A DNA stretch of 64,000 nucleotides. Origin: the human T2T-CHM13v2.0 reference genome, Homo sapiens. This document shows, in pieces, positions 35,655 through 48,583 of the stretch (its first letter is position 1; every line of letters begins with the position of its first letter). The stretch is from assembly GCF_009914755.1 (NCBI RefSeq), contig NC_060931.1; one strand, given 5' to 3'. Made by a program: the position numbers and the translations under genes. Below the pieces are notes generated by a model. It saw nothing but the letters and a program-made list of their open reading frames with translations, was not told where the DNA came from and made no database searches.

Positions 35655-36270
35655 CTTGACACATTTCCGAAATCACTGCCAAGGGACAGCTGGCTTCTCC
35701 GCGCGGCGACGCTCGCGAGGCCTAGCGAATGCGCGTTGCTTTAAATTACCATACCAATCACTTCTTGAGGGTGAGTCCCCTTTTTCTGTTATGAAGGGGA
35801 GCGGGACAAGTGAAATAATGTACCGTGCTGCTCTTAGTATCAGAAGCGAACAAAGGCCAAGAATCATGCTGGGGTTCCCGGCTCCCCGGCGGCTTTGACA
35901 TTGATCGGAAGTGCGCCATCTCGTGGCGGCTGCGCGCCTAGGTTGGGCCGGAGTTCCAGCCCCGAGCCGAGAGACGGAAACCAGCTCCGGGCAGAGAGAG
36001 AAGGAGAGAGGAGAGGATGTGCCCAGCCCGCTGCTATTGAGATCTCATTTTTACATCTAAGAAATCGCTGCAAAACCCCAGCCGGGTTTATAGCGGCGCA
36101 TTCCAAATATGCAAATTGGCCGGCCCCGGACGGGTTTACGACCACATTGTCACAGCCATCGGAGGATGGGCTTTTATAGGGCTCAGAAATCAAACCCGCG
36201 CCCGCCCGCCGCCCGCCCGCGAGCAGTCCTCCTGGCTAGACTCTCTCTAGCAACTTGAGAGACTTTGGTT
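35655..36270 (-). other. HOXA10: Alternative upstream first exon of HOXA10 (also used by HOXA10-HOXA9 read-through); encodes MCQ at 35655-35664
   Basis: ATG TGT CAA G|gtaaga donor at 35655/35654. Splicing to exon 2 gives a 94-aa homeodomain-only product. 5' end approximate (recalled). Confidence 0.75.
35912..35929 (-). promoter_or_regulatory. CTCF motif between HOXA10 and HOXA11 (C10|11)
   Basis: Minus strand CCGCCACGAGATGGCGCA matches the CTCF core. Confidence 0.8.
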
Positions 36271-37181
36271 AATCTTTAACCATCCCAAAGGAAGTCTTTC
36301 CCTAAACCCAGGCTTCCCAGCCCGCCCCCTCCCTGCCCCCCAGGAGGGCCCTTGTTCATGTCTGCGTGTCTGCCTATCAACCTAGACATTCATCTCTAGA
36401 TCTGTCCCACTACCCTTTCAGCTCGATTTCCCCAGTCGCGCCAGTTAGACAAACACACAAACAAATAAACAGAGTGGGGTCTGGGGCCTCTCTCCAAATG
36501 CGACCCTATCTGCTGCTCTGGCCCTGCCTGGGTGGCTGAAGAGAGGGTGGGGTGGGCAACAAAGGGCTCTGTCCTTTCAGCCCTTCTCCTCAAGGTTATG
36601 GGTGATGTCCAATTTTAAGGCAGAAGTTCAAAGGCAGCAAACAAAGAGGAAATCGGCATCCTTTTTTTTTCCCCCAAAGGGAAAAAGCAGCCTCAGCTGG
36701 GAGCTGGGGAGAAAGCACCCTTAGAGGCTCCTGGGAGTCTGCTCTGCCTTGGAACCCAGACCAGGCTCCCTCTTGTTGAAGCCTCCACGGGCCCCCGGAC
36801 GGTCCCACTGCAGGCCTACCTGTCCTGAGGTGAGCGAGGGCAGCCTGGGGTCTGACCTGTTGGCCACCTCAGGCCCCAAGGCCCTCTCCAGGGCTGAGAT
36901 CAGTCTGAGGGGATAAAGTCCTATATTCCAGGCCCTGAGATACCACCCAGGTCCCCACTTCCCACAAGGACGTAGCCAACCACCTTGGTTTCCTAAGCCT
37001 GGCTTCTGTTGTAGCCAATTCCTGACTCAGTCACCTTCTCACCCCCTCAGGGGCCTGATAACTTGCTCCTCAACTAGGTAAGGCATTTTTTGGGGGGGTG
37101 GGGGGAGGGGGGCAGACATTTGGTAGTAAAAGGCGATCAGGGAGAGGAATGTCACACCAGGATACTCAAATTTCCACCGTC

Positions 37182-37187
37182 TTTATT
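37182..37187 (-). terminator. HOXA11 distal polyadenylation signal AATAAA
   Basis: tttatt ~1.6 kb downstream of the HOXA11 stop. Confidence 0.65.
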
Positions 37188-38803
37188 TTCCTTGTGCCCA
37201 GTTGCCTGTATAAGTGCTGCGACACACACGGTGGGTAAGAACCAGAATTGAGGACAGGCCAACACTCCCAGTACAAATGGAGCCAACAGACATTTCTTAA
37301 CACAGGGAGGCAAAGGAGATTCAATGGGAGGGTGCCTGGCTTTCCCAGATGAGATCCCCAGGCCGGCCAGGCCGACTGCCTCTGAGCATTTCCCTAACTC
37401 TTTCCAAATGTTGCAAGAGATTAAAAAGACCATTCTCAATACCTTTTCCACCCCCCCAACACCCTAAAGGAAATCAACTAATGGCAAAAGAAAAAAGAAA
37501 AAGAGAAAGAAAGAAAAGAAAATTGATTATGGTTCCTTTATTTACAAGTTTTTTGAACACCATCCCTGTATGAAGCATACATTCAAATATTCTTAGCAGT
37601 GAGCGAGTTTAACCACGGAACACTGTAAACAGATAGGGCCTTTAAATATTTTCATCATCTCTTTTCCCCTCTACATTGCATCTTTTAAAATTCGCTTTGG
37701 TTCCTTCAGGGAAATATATATATATATAATATAATATTTATCTTTTAAAATAATTCCACCTCACTCTCAGGCTCTTGGAAGGTCACCAGAAGCTTCCAAG
37801 CTCAGTTCAAGAGCCAATGAGGGCTGAGTGTGGTGCTGGAACCCGGTGTTTTGGGGGACTCAAGGCCCTCATAGCCAAAGCTGGGGACCTGCTGGCCAGG
37901 CCCACTGCTCTGCAGCCAGACACTGAGCAAATCCAAGTTTCATTACGTGTGGTGGAGAGTTTGCCAAACTGCCACACTCCACAGCCATTTCCTGCAGAGA
38001 TCTCAGGGGCCAGTGGCCTGGCTGCAGCCTCTTGGCTTTTCCACATCTCCCACCTCAGGGAACAGTCCACTCTGTGTCGAGGCTTTGGGCCTGAGTGGCA
38101 GGCTGGAACCAAGACCCTCATTTGGTAGAAAGAAAAGCCAGGTGGGCTGTAGGAGGCGGTGGCTAGGAACTCAGGGCTGGATCAGTGTGGTGGGTGGCTA
38201 GGAGGAGTGGAAAGACACTGATGCCACCTGGAATCATAGATTTCTTTTCCCACAAGGATTTGCAGCCCTCTTCCACCTCAAAGCTACCTCCAAGTCCAGC
38301 CGCTGTTCACATTGGCTTTGGAAAGCAGCCTCATTCTGGGCACCTAGTAATCCTACCCCTTCCTCCTGCCCCTGTCCCCAAGCTGAACTGGGCTTGGAGA
38401 GCACACAGCTTTTTTACTCAGGGGTCCTGGGGGTGGGTAGGCTCCCAGTAGAGGGAGGGTGTGGTGGGGTTAGTCTCCAGGGGGTCTGGCAGGGGCCCAA
38501 TCCCCAGTGGAGACCACACCCAGCCCGCAGCTCTGCAGGCTCCAAGAGTGAACCACCAGGGGTCCCAAACCTGTCATTCTAGCTGATGCACAGCTCTCAG
38601 AATCCAATGATTATTAGGAATCTTAACCACTGAGATCTTAATCAAGAGAGTCCCAGACCACCTCCTGTGGGGCTATCTCCATGCATCCCTCTCTTGCACA
38701 CCTCTTTTCAAAAGTCACCATGTGGCTTGACTTTGTCAAGGGCAAAATCTGCATATTATCTCATGTGTATGAAGCCCCCCACCCAATTCCAGCCGCTGGA
38801 GTC

Positions 38804-39036
38804 TTAGAGGAGTGGATTTGCTGAGTAGTACTGTAAACGGTCTCTGTTAATTTTTTTTTCCTTCATTCTCCTGTTCTGAAACCAGATTTTGACTTGACGA
38901 TCAGTGAGGTTGAGCATGCGGGACAGTTGCAGGCGCTTCTCTTTGTTAATGTAGACGCTGAAGAAGAACTCCCGTTCCAGCTCTCGGATCTGGTACTTGG
39001 TATAGGGGCAGCGCTTTTTGCGGGTGCGTTGGCCAC
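38804..39036 (-). CDS. HOXA11: Homeobox protein Hox-A11, coding exon 2
   Basis: Acceptor ccacag|GT at 39037/39036, homeodomain [39 protein letters not shown], ends [11 protein letters not shown]. 233+709 = 942 nt = 313 aa. Confidence 0.98.
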
Positions 39037-39752
39037 CTGTGGAGGGAGAAAAGGCATGGGGTGAGCCAGGTGTGGGGGCTGCAATCCACCCCAGAGCCCA
39101 TAGCTGAGGAGAAGGGCTGCCATGGGGACTGGTGGTCCAGCCCAAGCCCCGTCAAAGTCTGCCCAGGCCCCTGCCTTTAACGCTCCGACTGCATGCTTGG
39201 AACGGCCGCAGTTGGAGGCTCAGCCACAGATAAAAGCCAGCTCCCTAAATAGGCCCCCGGGGAAGCTGCTCCCGCTGCCCCCAGAACAGAAAGGAGAGCT
39301 TCGCACAGCAACAGGCGAGTTTGCGCTGCCTAAGCCTCTTTGAAAGCAGCCAAGTGGGGGTTGCCGGCTGCCTCTCGCAGGCCAGACTAAACAAACAGCC
39401 GCCTGCGGACATTTCACCTTCCAGCACCTGGGCTGCCCCTTCCCAAGGCAGTAAAGGCGGCTCCAGTCCCAGTCTTTCCCGGCTGCGGCCAAGACTGGGC
39501 AGTCCTTAACATCTGGGGCGGCTGCCGGGTCTTTGTCAGCCTGAGTCCTGGCCACCAGCTTCTGCCTCCCCGGCCAGCCTTCCGGCTCCGCCGAGGTGGG
39601 GAGGTGGCGGCGGAAGCCCCCTACCCTAGGCCTTCGCTGAGCACCACGGCCACACGGCCATCCTGCACACGGCAGAGCAGCGGCTCTATCTTAGGTAGGG
39701 TGAAGGGAAAGGGGGCTTCCCGAAGCTGCGGGCAGGCTCTACTTGCTCCCCC

Positions 39753-39755
<3 letters not shown>

Positions 39756-39781
<26 letters not shown>
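39756..39781. repeat. A26 homopolymer in HOXA11 intron
   Basis: Read directly. Confidence 0.9.
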
Positions 39782-39783
<2 letters not shown>

Positions 39784-39899
39784 CCCACAAGACAAAAAAA
39801 AAATCGCTTTTGACAGATTGAATAACAATTGTGAATAACATGCAGTTGGGCAGAAGGAGGCACGTAATTGCCACCACGCCAGAGGAAAATGGCTTCCTT

Positions 39900-40440
39900 T
39901 GGACAAAAAGGCCAACTTTGGGTTAATTTGTTCTTTTAATATATTGCTAGATCTAAGCGGGCTACTTTATCTGTTAAACGCGCTCCTAGCGCCGTCGTTA
40001 AACAGCGACGCCTTTGAATCCCGGCCGGGACTGGAGTCCCGGCGCAACACATGGCTTTTATAAAAATCTCCGGATTACCTCGCTATCAAAAGCTCCCGAA
40101 GCCCTTGCAGGGGGAATTTACAGGCGCCCACCTCCGGCTCCCCAGCCTGGAGCTGGCCCCGAGCGGGGTCGAGCTGCTGGGCTTGGGAGCTGAGAAGGGA
40201 AAAAAGGGAAAAGGGGAGTTGTTTTTTTTTGCAGGCATGCCTTGGCCGGTGGGTATTTCACGGCCAATTTCAGCACTCGCCACGTGATCCCGCCTTTTAT
40301 AACAAAGTTTTGTTGGGGGAAACCTAAAGGCCCTTCATAAACCTTATATGCTTATAAAACAGCATATAAAAATTTAACAGCGGTGCTGCGCTAGATTTCC
40401 AACTCCCCTTTCATAAAGCGCAGGGCGCTGCCTTTATACG
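39900..40440 (+). promoter_or_regulatory. HOXA11 intronic enhancer/antisense promoter
   Basis: TTTTATAAAA 40056-40065, CCAAT 40264-40268, CACGTG 40281-40286, TTTTATAAC 40295-40303, further CATAAA/TATAAA motifs to ~40415. Confidence 0.6.
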
Positions 40441-40443
40441 TAC

Positions 40444-41152
40444 TGGAGCCGCCGGCCTTGTCCTCAGTGTGGCCGGAAGACGACTCGGGGCTGCTGCTGC
40501 TCTCGGGGCGCCGCCGCCGCTCTTTCTCCTCTGCTGCCGCCGCCGTCTCCCGGCAGCCGCCGCCGCCGCCGCTGTCCGAACTTGAAGTTGCCGGCGCGCC
40601 CGTTGCAGCCGCCGCCGCCGCCGCGGAGGTCGCCGTGGCCGCCGGGGGCCCCTTCTCGGCGCTCTTGTCCCCGGGGTAGTCGGAGGAGGCGAGGTTTTCC
40701 GGGGTGCCGTAGGCTGTCTCGAAAAACTGGTCGAAAGCCTGTGGCAGGACGCCGTTCCTGCCCACGGTGCTATAGAAATTGGACGAGACTGCGGGGGTGG
40801 GGTGGTGGTAGACGTTGGCCGAGCTCTTGGCCAGCACGTCGCCAGGCACGCCGGCCGCGCTGGGCGCCTGCAGGCAGTCTCTGTGCACGAGCTCCTCCGC
40901 GGAGTAGCAGTGGGCCAGATTGCCGCGGGGGTGCCATTTAGTGGCGGGCTCAATGGCGTACTCTCTGAAGGTCACTTCGCGCACGGGTTGGACCTGGGGC
41001 AGGTTGGAGGAGTAGGAGTATGTCATTGGGCGCGAAGACGGGGTCTGGGGCAGAAAAGAAGGGAGGCTGGAGAAATCTGGACCCGAGACGTAGTAAGTAC
41101 AACTTGGCAAATACATGTTAGAGGAGCAGGGACCACGCTCATCAAAATCCAT
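40444..41152 (-). CDS. HOXA11: Homeobox protein Hox-A11, coding exon 1
   Basis: [23 protein letters not shown] start, [10 protein letters not shown] and AFDQFFE Hox11 motifs, donor TCCA|gtacgt at 40444/40443 (phase 1). Confidence 0.98.
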
Positions 41153-41414
41153 TATTGGGCTACCTTGGGCTCTCCGCAGTAGCCGAGCTTAACATGATTC
41201 TCCACTGCAGCTGCCTCTTTGAAGCGGATCCGTGAAGTAGAAATTTGGAGACGTAAGCTGACGTGGAAATCTATCCCCATCCTTAGCAGGGAGGTGCTGG
41301 TCATGTGACCCGATGTTGAAATTGACAAGCTGCTAGCTAGTCCGGGCCTTTTCCCCCCCCCTTTCCTTTTTTTTTTTTCCTCCTCTCCCCTCCCTCCCGG
41401 CTTCCTTTCTTTGT

Positions 41415-44400
41415 AGCCACCTCAGGGGAAGCAACAGATCGTCACTCGGTGTTCTCACCGAAAGCACGTAATCGCCGGTGTAACTCATGTTGGCTGGGGG
41501 GCCTCCCGGCGCGCGCGGAGAGGCTGGGGTGCGCCCCCATGCAGCATGCTTGTGCTCAATTGCAGGGTCCTCGTTCTCGAGTGTGCAGAGGGCGGTGAGA
41601 GCTCAACTCTCGTCCCCACCTCCCACCCGCAGCTCCCCGGGTGGGTGAGGGATGCCCTGGACTGGGGATAGCCAGGTGGGAGTCCGTCGCTGTGTGGCCT
41701 GTGGTCTCGGAGTCTGTTCTCCTGGAGTCTCGCATTTGCACCCCCTTCTTCGCAGTCCCCCTCCCATAGACTTGCTCTGGGAAGCGCCTCTGCCTCCGAC
41801 CCTAGCCGGAACCCCTTCGGGGCCAGAGTTTGAAGCCGTGGATGTGCCTGCCTGGTGGCTTGTCCGATTTGCACGGTGACTTGATTACACTCTCTCATTC
41901 ATGGTCACTTCCGAAGCGCTTTAGTGCCTTCCGTCCCTAAACCGCCAACAGCCAGAACGGCTTCTCCCCGCGGTTTGTCACTGATCCGCAGGGCCCGGAA
42001 GGGCCTTCGTCTTACCCGGGATCCACCTCTCCCCTCATCTTCCCTGCCTACCTCTTCATCCCACCTTCTGTCCTTGGAGAAACTCCCTCCTCCTCGCTGC
42101 CTGCCGGGCTTCGGAGTGACTCGGCAGAGACAGAGGCACAGGGGCTGCCCTGCTGCTCACCGGTCCACCCATCTGCCTGGTCTTCTGGAGCTGAGGACTC
42201 GGGAAACCATGCAATTGAGGCAAGCCTTGGGCTGCTTTAGAGGCGCTGACATCCGAGGAGACTTCTCCTGGGTATGCTGCATCTTCGTGGGGGGCCCATC
42301 AGGCTGCTTACAGAGCTCCAGGGGTGTGGGGAGAATGGAGGTGGAAAGGACGGGCTGAGGGCCAAGGAGAGGTGGCTGAGAAAGGGGTAACCCACCTACT
42401 CTCCTACTCTCCTTCCTTGCAATGTGTGAGAGTGAAAGCAAGGGATGTGCAGGGCAAAAACTCAGAGAGCTCTGTGCCTTTCCTACTGCTCATTCCACAG
42501 GAGGAATACAATACCAGAGAAAGGAGAGGTGCTTCCCGAACTCCCTGCACCTGGGGAAACAGGGATGTCTTTAAAAAGCTAGGTTTGTGCTAAGGATAGA
42601 GAGAGGCCATAGCAATACTCTGAGTCTAGCTTTCTTGAGAAGAGGAAAAAAAATAAATTAAGAAGGCAAAATATGCTCCCCATCCTGCAGGATTGAAGGA
42701 GCAATGTTTGGAGGAAGCGAAAGAAAGGAGAGGACACAGAGCACAGAGCAGCCAGGCAGAGCCAGGAGCTGAGAAGGGCCCAGACCTGAGGCCTCCCAAC
42801 AACTCTCTTCTTGGAAGGATCTGGGATGTTGCTGAAGGAAAATAAAAAAATATGTAAAAAGATAACCTTTTGTTTTTCCCTCTCCAGGAAATAGCCAAAG
42901 TTATTTACATATCTTGGGGAGATTTAGAGTATAAACTCTAAGATCTTTGGTATTTAAGTGTCAACATCGATTTATTTATTTATTGCTGAGCTGACTGTAA
43001 CTGACTCAATAACAAATCTAATCGTGTATTGCACTGGAAAAGAAATATTCTTATTATGTATTTTCTCCAAATAATGGCCTACCATTGCATTTGAATACCT
43101 GCTGTAAATATCAATAATATGAAGTAATTACTCTGTAGTCGAGTAAACTAATTTATTAGCATTAATGTTTATGTGGCTCTCCACCTCCCCCCACCACCAC
43201 CTTTACAAGGATTGCTTATCACAAATCAAGCTACTTGGACACATTGGTTTAATGAACTCTTTATTCAAGATTTGCTACAAGAATTTTCATGTCCTTTGAA
43301 TCCCTGAGAACTGAACTTGAAATTATTTGTGCATCTTCAGCTTGACATATTTGTCCACTGTGGCTTGTCCAGAGGGCAGCAGTGCTGTGAGTGAGAAGGT
43401 CCAGTGGGAAGGAAGGTTATTGGAGAAGAGTAGCCTCAGACCTCCTAAAGCTGGGAAGCACATTTACAGAATTGCCCTGCAGCGAAAAAACTTCTATTTC
43501 CAGCAGTGACCAACAAGGCAAAATGTTTGTTTCTCCACAGCATCTCTTTTTTAGAGACAGAATATAAAAGACAGAAGGAGAGGTTTCAAACAGCGGTATT
43601 CGAGCTGTTCCCTGGCTTGATTTTGGCTATCCCAAGCTCTCTCTCTGCAGCCCACCCAGTCCACGCCACCCCTACCTTCGAACAAAAGGAATGCATGAAG
43701 GGTTTCAGTGACTTTGCCATAACAAAGGCGCCACCATTGCGGGGCTCACCCCGCCCCTGGGTGAAGGCAAACAAATTCTTGCACTTGTATTAGGGCTTTT
43801 AAGACCATAATTGAACCCGGGGGCGTCTAGGAAAACCGAAAACAGTTCTAGACAGACCTGCGGTTTTATAGCAGTTTTGGCAGTCAACTTCAGCTTGTGC
43901 CTGAGCAGACGGGGTTGTGGTGGCCCGCCAGCGGGGGATGCCAGGCCACCTCCCCCAGCGGCACGCAGCCCCTCTCTTAATTAGATCGGTTTTCCCCTGG
44001 TGTCCGGGAGAGCGGTCCCGGCAGAAAGGTCGGTATGGGGGTGTGCGCTGTTCCGCATAACCACTGCCTCCCATGTCCTCCTCGAGGGCCGAACCGAGAG
44101 GGTGCTGGCAGGGCTGGATCCCACGGGTGTCCGCAGGAGACAAAGGCGAATTCCGGAGAAAAGGCTGGGGCTGAGAAAGGCGCTCCGGGAGCGGCTGGCA
44201 GGGCAATTCGGCAGGCTGCACCGAAGCCGAGTGCCCGGAGGGACTTGCCGCCCGGAAGGGGGTGTGTGGGGGCGCTGCCGTGAAGATGGATGAGGGAAAA
44301 GGTTTTTGATATCAGCAGAAGGGAAAACGCCTGGAGTGGCCGAACACTTTTAGTTGCCCAGCAGGAATAGGAGACGGGTACTCAGCTCCCCAAGGCTGCG

Positions 44401-45305
44401 CAATATCCCAGCTTTGCCCGCTCCTGCCCTCGTGTTCGGAATATGCTGGCGGTGTGAATGTGAAGGTTTCTCCAGGCAGGCGGCTGGGGCGAGGGGTGGG
44501 CGCAGCTCTGAGGATCAGACCAAATCTAGGGGAAAAAGGGGAGGCAGACCTTCGGGTCCTTGGTTTTGACTTTGCTCTGAGCCTATGATTGACTCTTCCG
44601 CTTTGCAGGAGGTCCAACAGCCGAGCTTAGCCCACCGGGCTCTGGGAAAGACCCGACTGAGGCTAAAGCCGCCCCGGAAGGCCAAGTCCGAGTTCCATTT
44701 CTTGAAGAGGCCGGCGCGCGTAAGGCTGTGACATTGGCCCTGGCGACTGGCTTCCCAGGAGCTGTTCTTTCTCAGGAGCTCCACAGCGCGGGCCATCTCC
44801 AGAAAACTGTCTTCAGAGTGTATTTCCTTTTATCGTCAACCCAGAGCCCCACCGCGGCTAATGCAAGAGGCCAAAAAATGTTTGGAGGAAGAAAAACAAA
44901 GGCAGGAAGTGGCGGCGGCCTGACGGTGCGTGTGTGTCTGCAGAGAAGGGAGGGAGCCGGCTCAGTCTCTTCTTGTTTTTCCAAACTTCAAGGTCCAGGC
45001 AGCCCTCTGCAGGGCCGGGCCCCATTGCTCCCCGCGCGGCATTGGAGGTGGCCGCCGGAGAGGAGAAGGCCAACGCCTGCGCCAGGCTTGTCAGGCGGAA
45101 ACGGCTAACAAGGAGATTTGGTCAGCAAAACAGACCCAGCCTTTCCGAGGCTTCGTCTGACTTGGCCCGAAAGGTTGGGGAGGGGGGGCTTGCGCAGAGC
45201 CTCAGGGACCCTCCTCTCTGGGGACTACCATCCCTGAGCCTTACGCTTCTTTCCACAGCCTTTGCAGGCGGAATATCGGAATAAAGTGGGTCCAGGCGCC
45301 TCTGC
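41415..45305 (+). ncRNA. HOXA11-AS: HOXA11 antisense RNA (two exons: ~41415-42271 and 44609-~45305)
   Basis: Divergent from the HOXA11 promoter. Donor TGG|gtatgc at 42271/42272, acceptor ctttgcag| at 44608/44609, AATAAA 45280-45285. Confidence 0.75.
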
Positions 45306-48300
45306 CGCCTCCGCTTCTTCTTGCAGCCTGAATGGTCCGGGAGGCAGCGGGAGGGCGCCGGCGGGCAGTGCCCAGGCGGGGTCGCCTCGAGGCCGTCGGT
45401 GAGCACCGGGCAATGCGAGGCCTTGTTACCGAGGTTGTTGTGCTGGGGGCGTTTCCAGCACAGTCATTCAAGGGACGTGAGCTGCAAGGATCGTCACTTG
45501 ACAGGCAGCTTAACACCCTCTCACTCCAAGGGAGGATACAGCTGGGTGGCCGGGAGCACCTCCACACTCCAGGCTTCCCAGCTCCAACTGGCAAAGCTGC
45601 TGGGCCACCCTCTTCTCTCCCTGGGGCTGGCTTGGGAGGCAGCAGCTGCTCCTTGTCCCAGAAATCTGAGAATTCGAAGTCCCCAGTACTTGCACATGCA
45701 GCCCTTTAAATGCCCAGCATTTGTCCACAGTCTCAATGTCAATGCCAAGCTGCCCCAGTCACCACTGTCCTTCTCAAGGGGGTCCTGTCCCTCTACAGTT
45801 CCTGATCCTGCTCCTGTCCCCCCTACAGTTCCTGTCTCCTGCCCTGCCTCCTTCCAGCCATTCTCACCTGCTGGGACCTCCTGTCTCTTCCCTACCTCTT
45901 TTGATGCCTCTGCTAGACTGAGCAACAGCTGAGGTGTCACTGGAGGGCATCCAATACTCAGGCGCAGAGAAGAGGGGCTGTTAGGTCCCTGACTCTCCCC
46001 CAACTTCGGGCTTCCACCAGAGCCTGAACTGAGTCTCCCACCTCCTTCTTAGGAATACTCCACCTCAAGGCCCCACCAAGTCTGGCTTATCTCCCTTCCT
46101 CTCCCCTCCCTTCTCTACCCTCCTTTCTTCCCCAACACTTCCTCCTTCTCTTCTGCGGACCCAGCTGCTGCTTTTCTAGGCTGGGCAACCCAGATGGGAT
46201 AGGCCTGGGAGGGGTCAGGACCCACTTGACAGACTGAATCTCACTCCCAGATGGCTACAGTTAAGTTTCTCTCTTGGTGGATTGCTTAGGGCACCATCAT
46301 TATTTTGCCTCCTCCTGCTTGCCTAATCCCTTACTTTCCTCTGTCCACAAATGTCACACTGTTTCTAGAAAGCTACACAGAAGAGTATTTCAACCCTGGT
46401 GACCATACTGCACACAGGTGCAAGAACTGGCCCGGAGGCCCCGGGTAGAAATGGCAACAGAGCTCTTCTCCATTACAGGAATATCTCCTTCCAAATCAAA
46501 GGGTTCCTGTGGGCACATCTGTCTTATGTGGTGAGCTAGGGGAGATGGGTTGTCTGGGAAGGCCCAGGAGATCTCCACGTATTTGTTCTCAGGGCATGGC
46601 TTATTGCCAGATCATAGACAATCCATCACATTTTCCAGGCGCTGCCCAGAGGCAGCACTGAAGCTTCAATTAAAAAATCAAGAGATCACCTCTATCACTA
46701 CCAGGTGGAGGCAGGGGTTAATTTGTCCCTTTGTTGAGACACCTCACCCTCCCCGAAGGTCCCCAACACTTCCTAAAAGCTCAGAAACAGGTAATGCCCT
46801 GAAGTGGACCTCATAATTCTGCTTGGTCTGACTGGCAGTTTCAGTCATCCTTCAAAGCCCCTAAATATCTGAAAAGGCCCATACCCTTCCCCTGGCCACT
46901 GCAGAGTGGGGCACAGGGCTCAGCTGAGGGTCTCAAGTACCTAAGCAATCTAGTTATCATTTACTTTAGTGGATCCCAAACTGAAGGGAGAAGAGAAGAT
47001 TACTTCCTTTAATAACTATTTTTATTTTTATTGTTGCCAATTATTAGACTTCTTTTTCCTATAGCATGGGAACAAATGGGGTGGGGGAGACTTTGAAGGG
47101 CGAAGCCCTAGTTCTCAGTGTCTGCCTTCCATTCCCCATGCAGCTTTGGCCCAAACAGGTTTCCCAGCAGAGTGTGTCTGAGATAAAGAAGACAAAAGGG
47201 GGTGGCCCAACCCGAAGGTTGGCTCTGGTCCTTGGGTCTCGGTCTCTACAGCCGTAGCTCACAGGAAGCCCCCACGCCACAAAGCTCCAACTGCTTCCTA
47301 GGGCAGCTCCATTTCCACTCAGTGCTCATGTTGGCTCACATTCCAGGCTTGAGAAGAGCCATCACCCCATCCAGCTCTCCTCCCCTACACACCCTTCCAG
47401 GCAGTTCTGCGATGGGACCCATTCACAGATCATTGTTTCTGCTATATATGCCCCCACAGCCCAGCCCAGCCCATCCACGCAGCCCTAGGGGTACAATCCA
47501 GATTTTTGGCTTCCGCGAAAAGAAATCCTTTGCATGTCCTCTTTGGTTCACCTGGAGAGATAGGCTCAGCGGCAGATCACGCTTAAGCTAACGTTTACCG
47601 CAGGGCCTGATGCTCTGATCTGCTGGAGGCAGGCTATAGGCAGGGGGTAAGGGGCTCTCTCCCGCGCAGAGCGCAGTGAAGGATTCTTGGGGGCTGGGAG
47701 TCAGGAGTTTTTACCTTGGAAGAGTGCGCCTCACATCTGTGTGGATTTTAGGCAGGAGAAGAGCATCAAGGGTCTCACCAAAGGCTTGCCACTCACTGAG
47801 GGAGAGGCCTGGATTCTGGGACCCCAGGAGAGTCTCTCCAGCAGGGTCTTGGCTCCCCTATCCTCTTCCCTGCCAAGTCGGCCCTATGTTCCTACCAGGA
47901 CCCAGAACTCCGATCCAGCCACGTCCTTTCCCCTGGGCTTGCAGGCGCTCCCTCTCGCCCCCGCTAGGCCTTAGCGGGCTCCGAAGTCTGCTGGACTGGG
48001 GCAAACCCCGCTCTTCTGGGACGGGGACACGGCCTGGGCCACCCGTGGCTGCCGGGACTCCTTTCCAACAGGGCTGGGGATGGGAGAGTTGGAAATCAAG
48101 AAAGAACCTCTGCCTCCAGTGCACGAGCCCAGAGCCCAGGCTACCAGAATCCGCTTGCAGCAAGGTAACTGTGCGTCCTGTGCCTTCTTGAGGCGGCGGC
48201 AGCGATCGGCCCTGACCATAGAGGCGGCCGTGGCGCGGAGGACTTGACCTTTACGGCACGAGAGGAGGGCGCTGGCTGAGCCGCAGGGAGGGGGACGCTG

Positions 48301-48532
48301 CTCTCTCCAGCCTCCTCCACCCAATAGCAGTCCGCTCGACCCACGCCAGCTGCGCGCTCACCCCCTTTCCCCCTCCATTTTGTGCAGTGTCCGCAGACCC
48401 GCGGCCGGAAACAAAGCCCCCAGCCCTGCTCTCACCACCCTTCTTGCAAGCTGCTGTCGCCAACCCCCCAGACCAGAGGCTCAGAGCTAACGCTAAGCCC
48501 CTTAAGGCCCTCTGCAGGGCCCTCTTCTCTCG

Positions 48533-48583
48533 CCAGCCGCCCTCAGCCAGCTCCTGACCCCAGCCGCCCTCAGCCAGCTCCTG
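48533..48583. repeat. Direct repeat of 24 bp (27-bp period)
   Basis: ccagccgccctcagccagctcctg at 48533-48556 and 48560-48583. Confidence 0.95.

Noticed and set aside
45783-45834. 30-bp period repeat ctacagttcctg
   Set aside because: Short repeat within a low-complexity pyrimidine tract; no functional indication.
46670-46760. Possible MIR fragment
   Set aside because: Similarity to the MIR core is too weak to support without a profile search.
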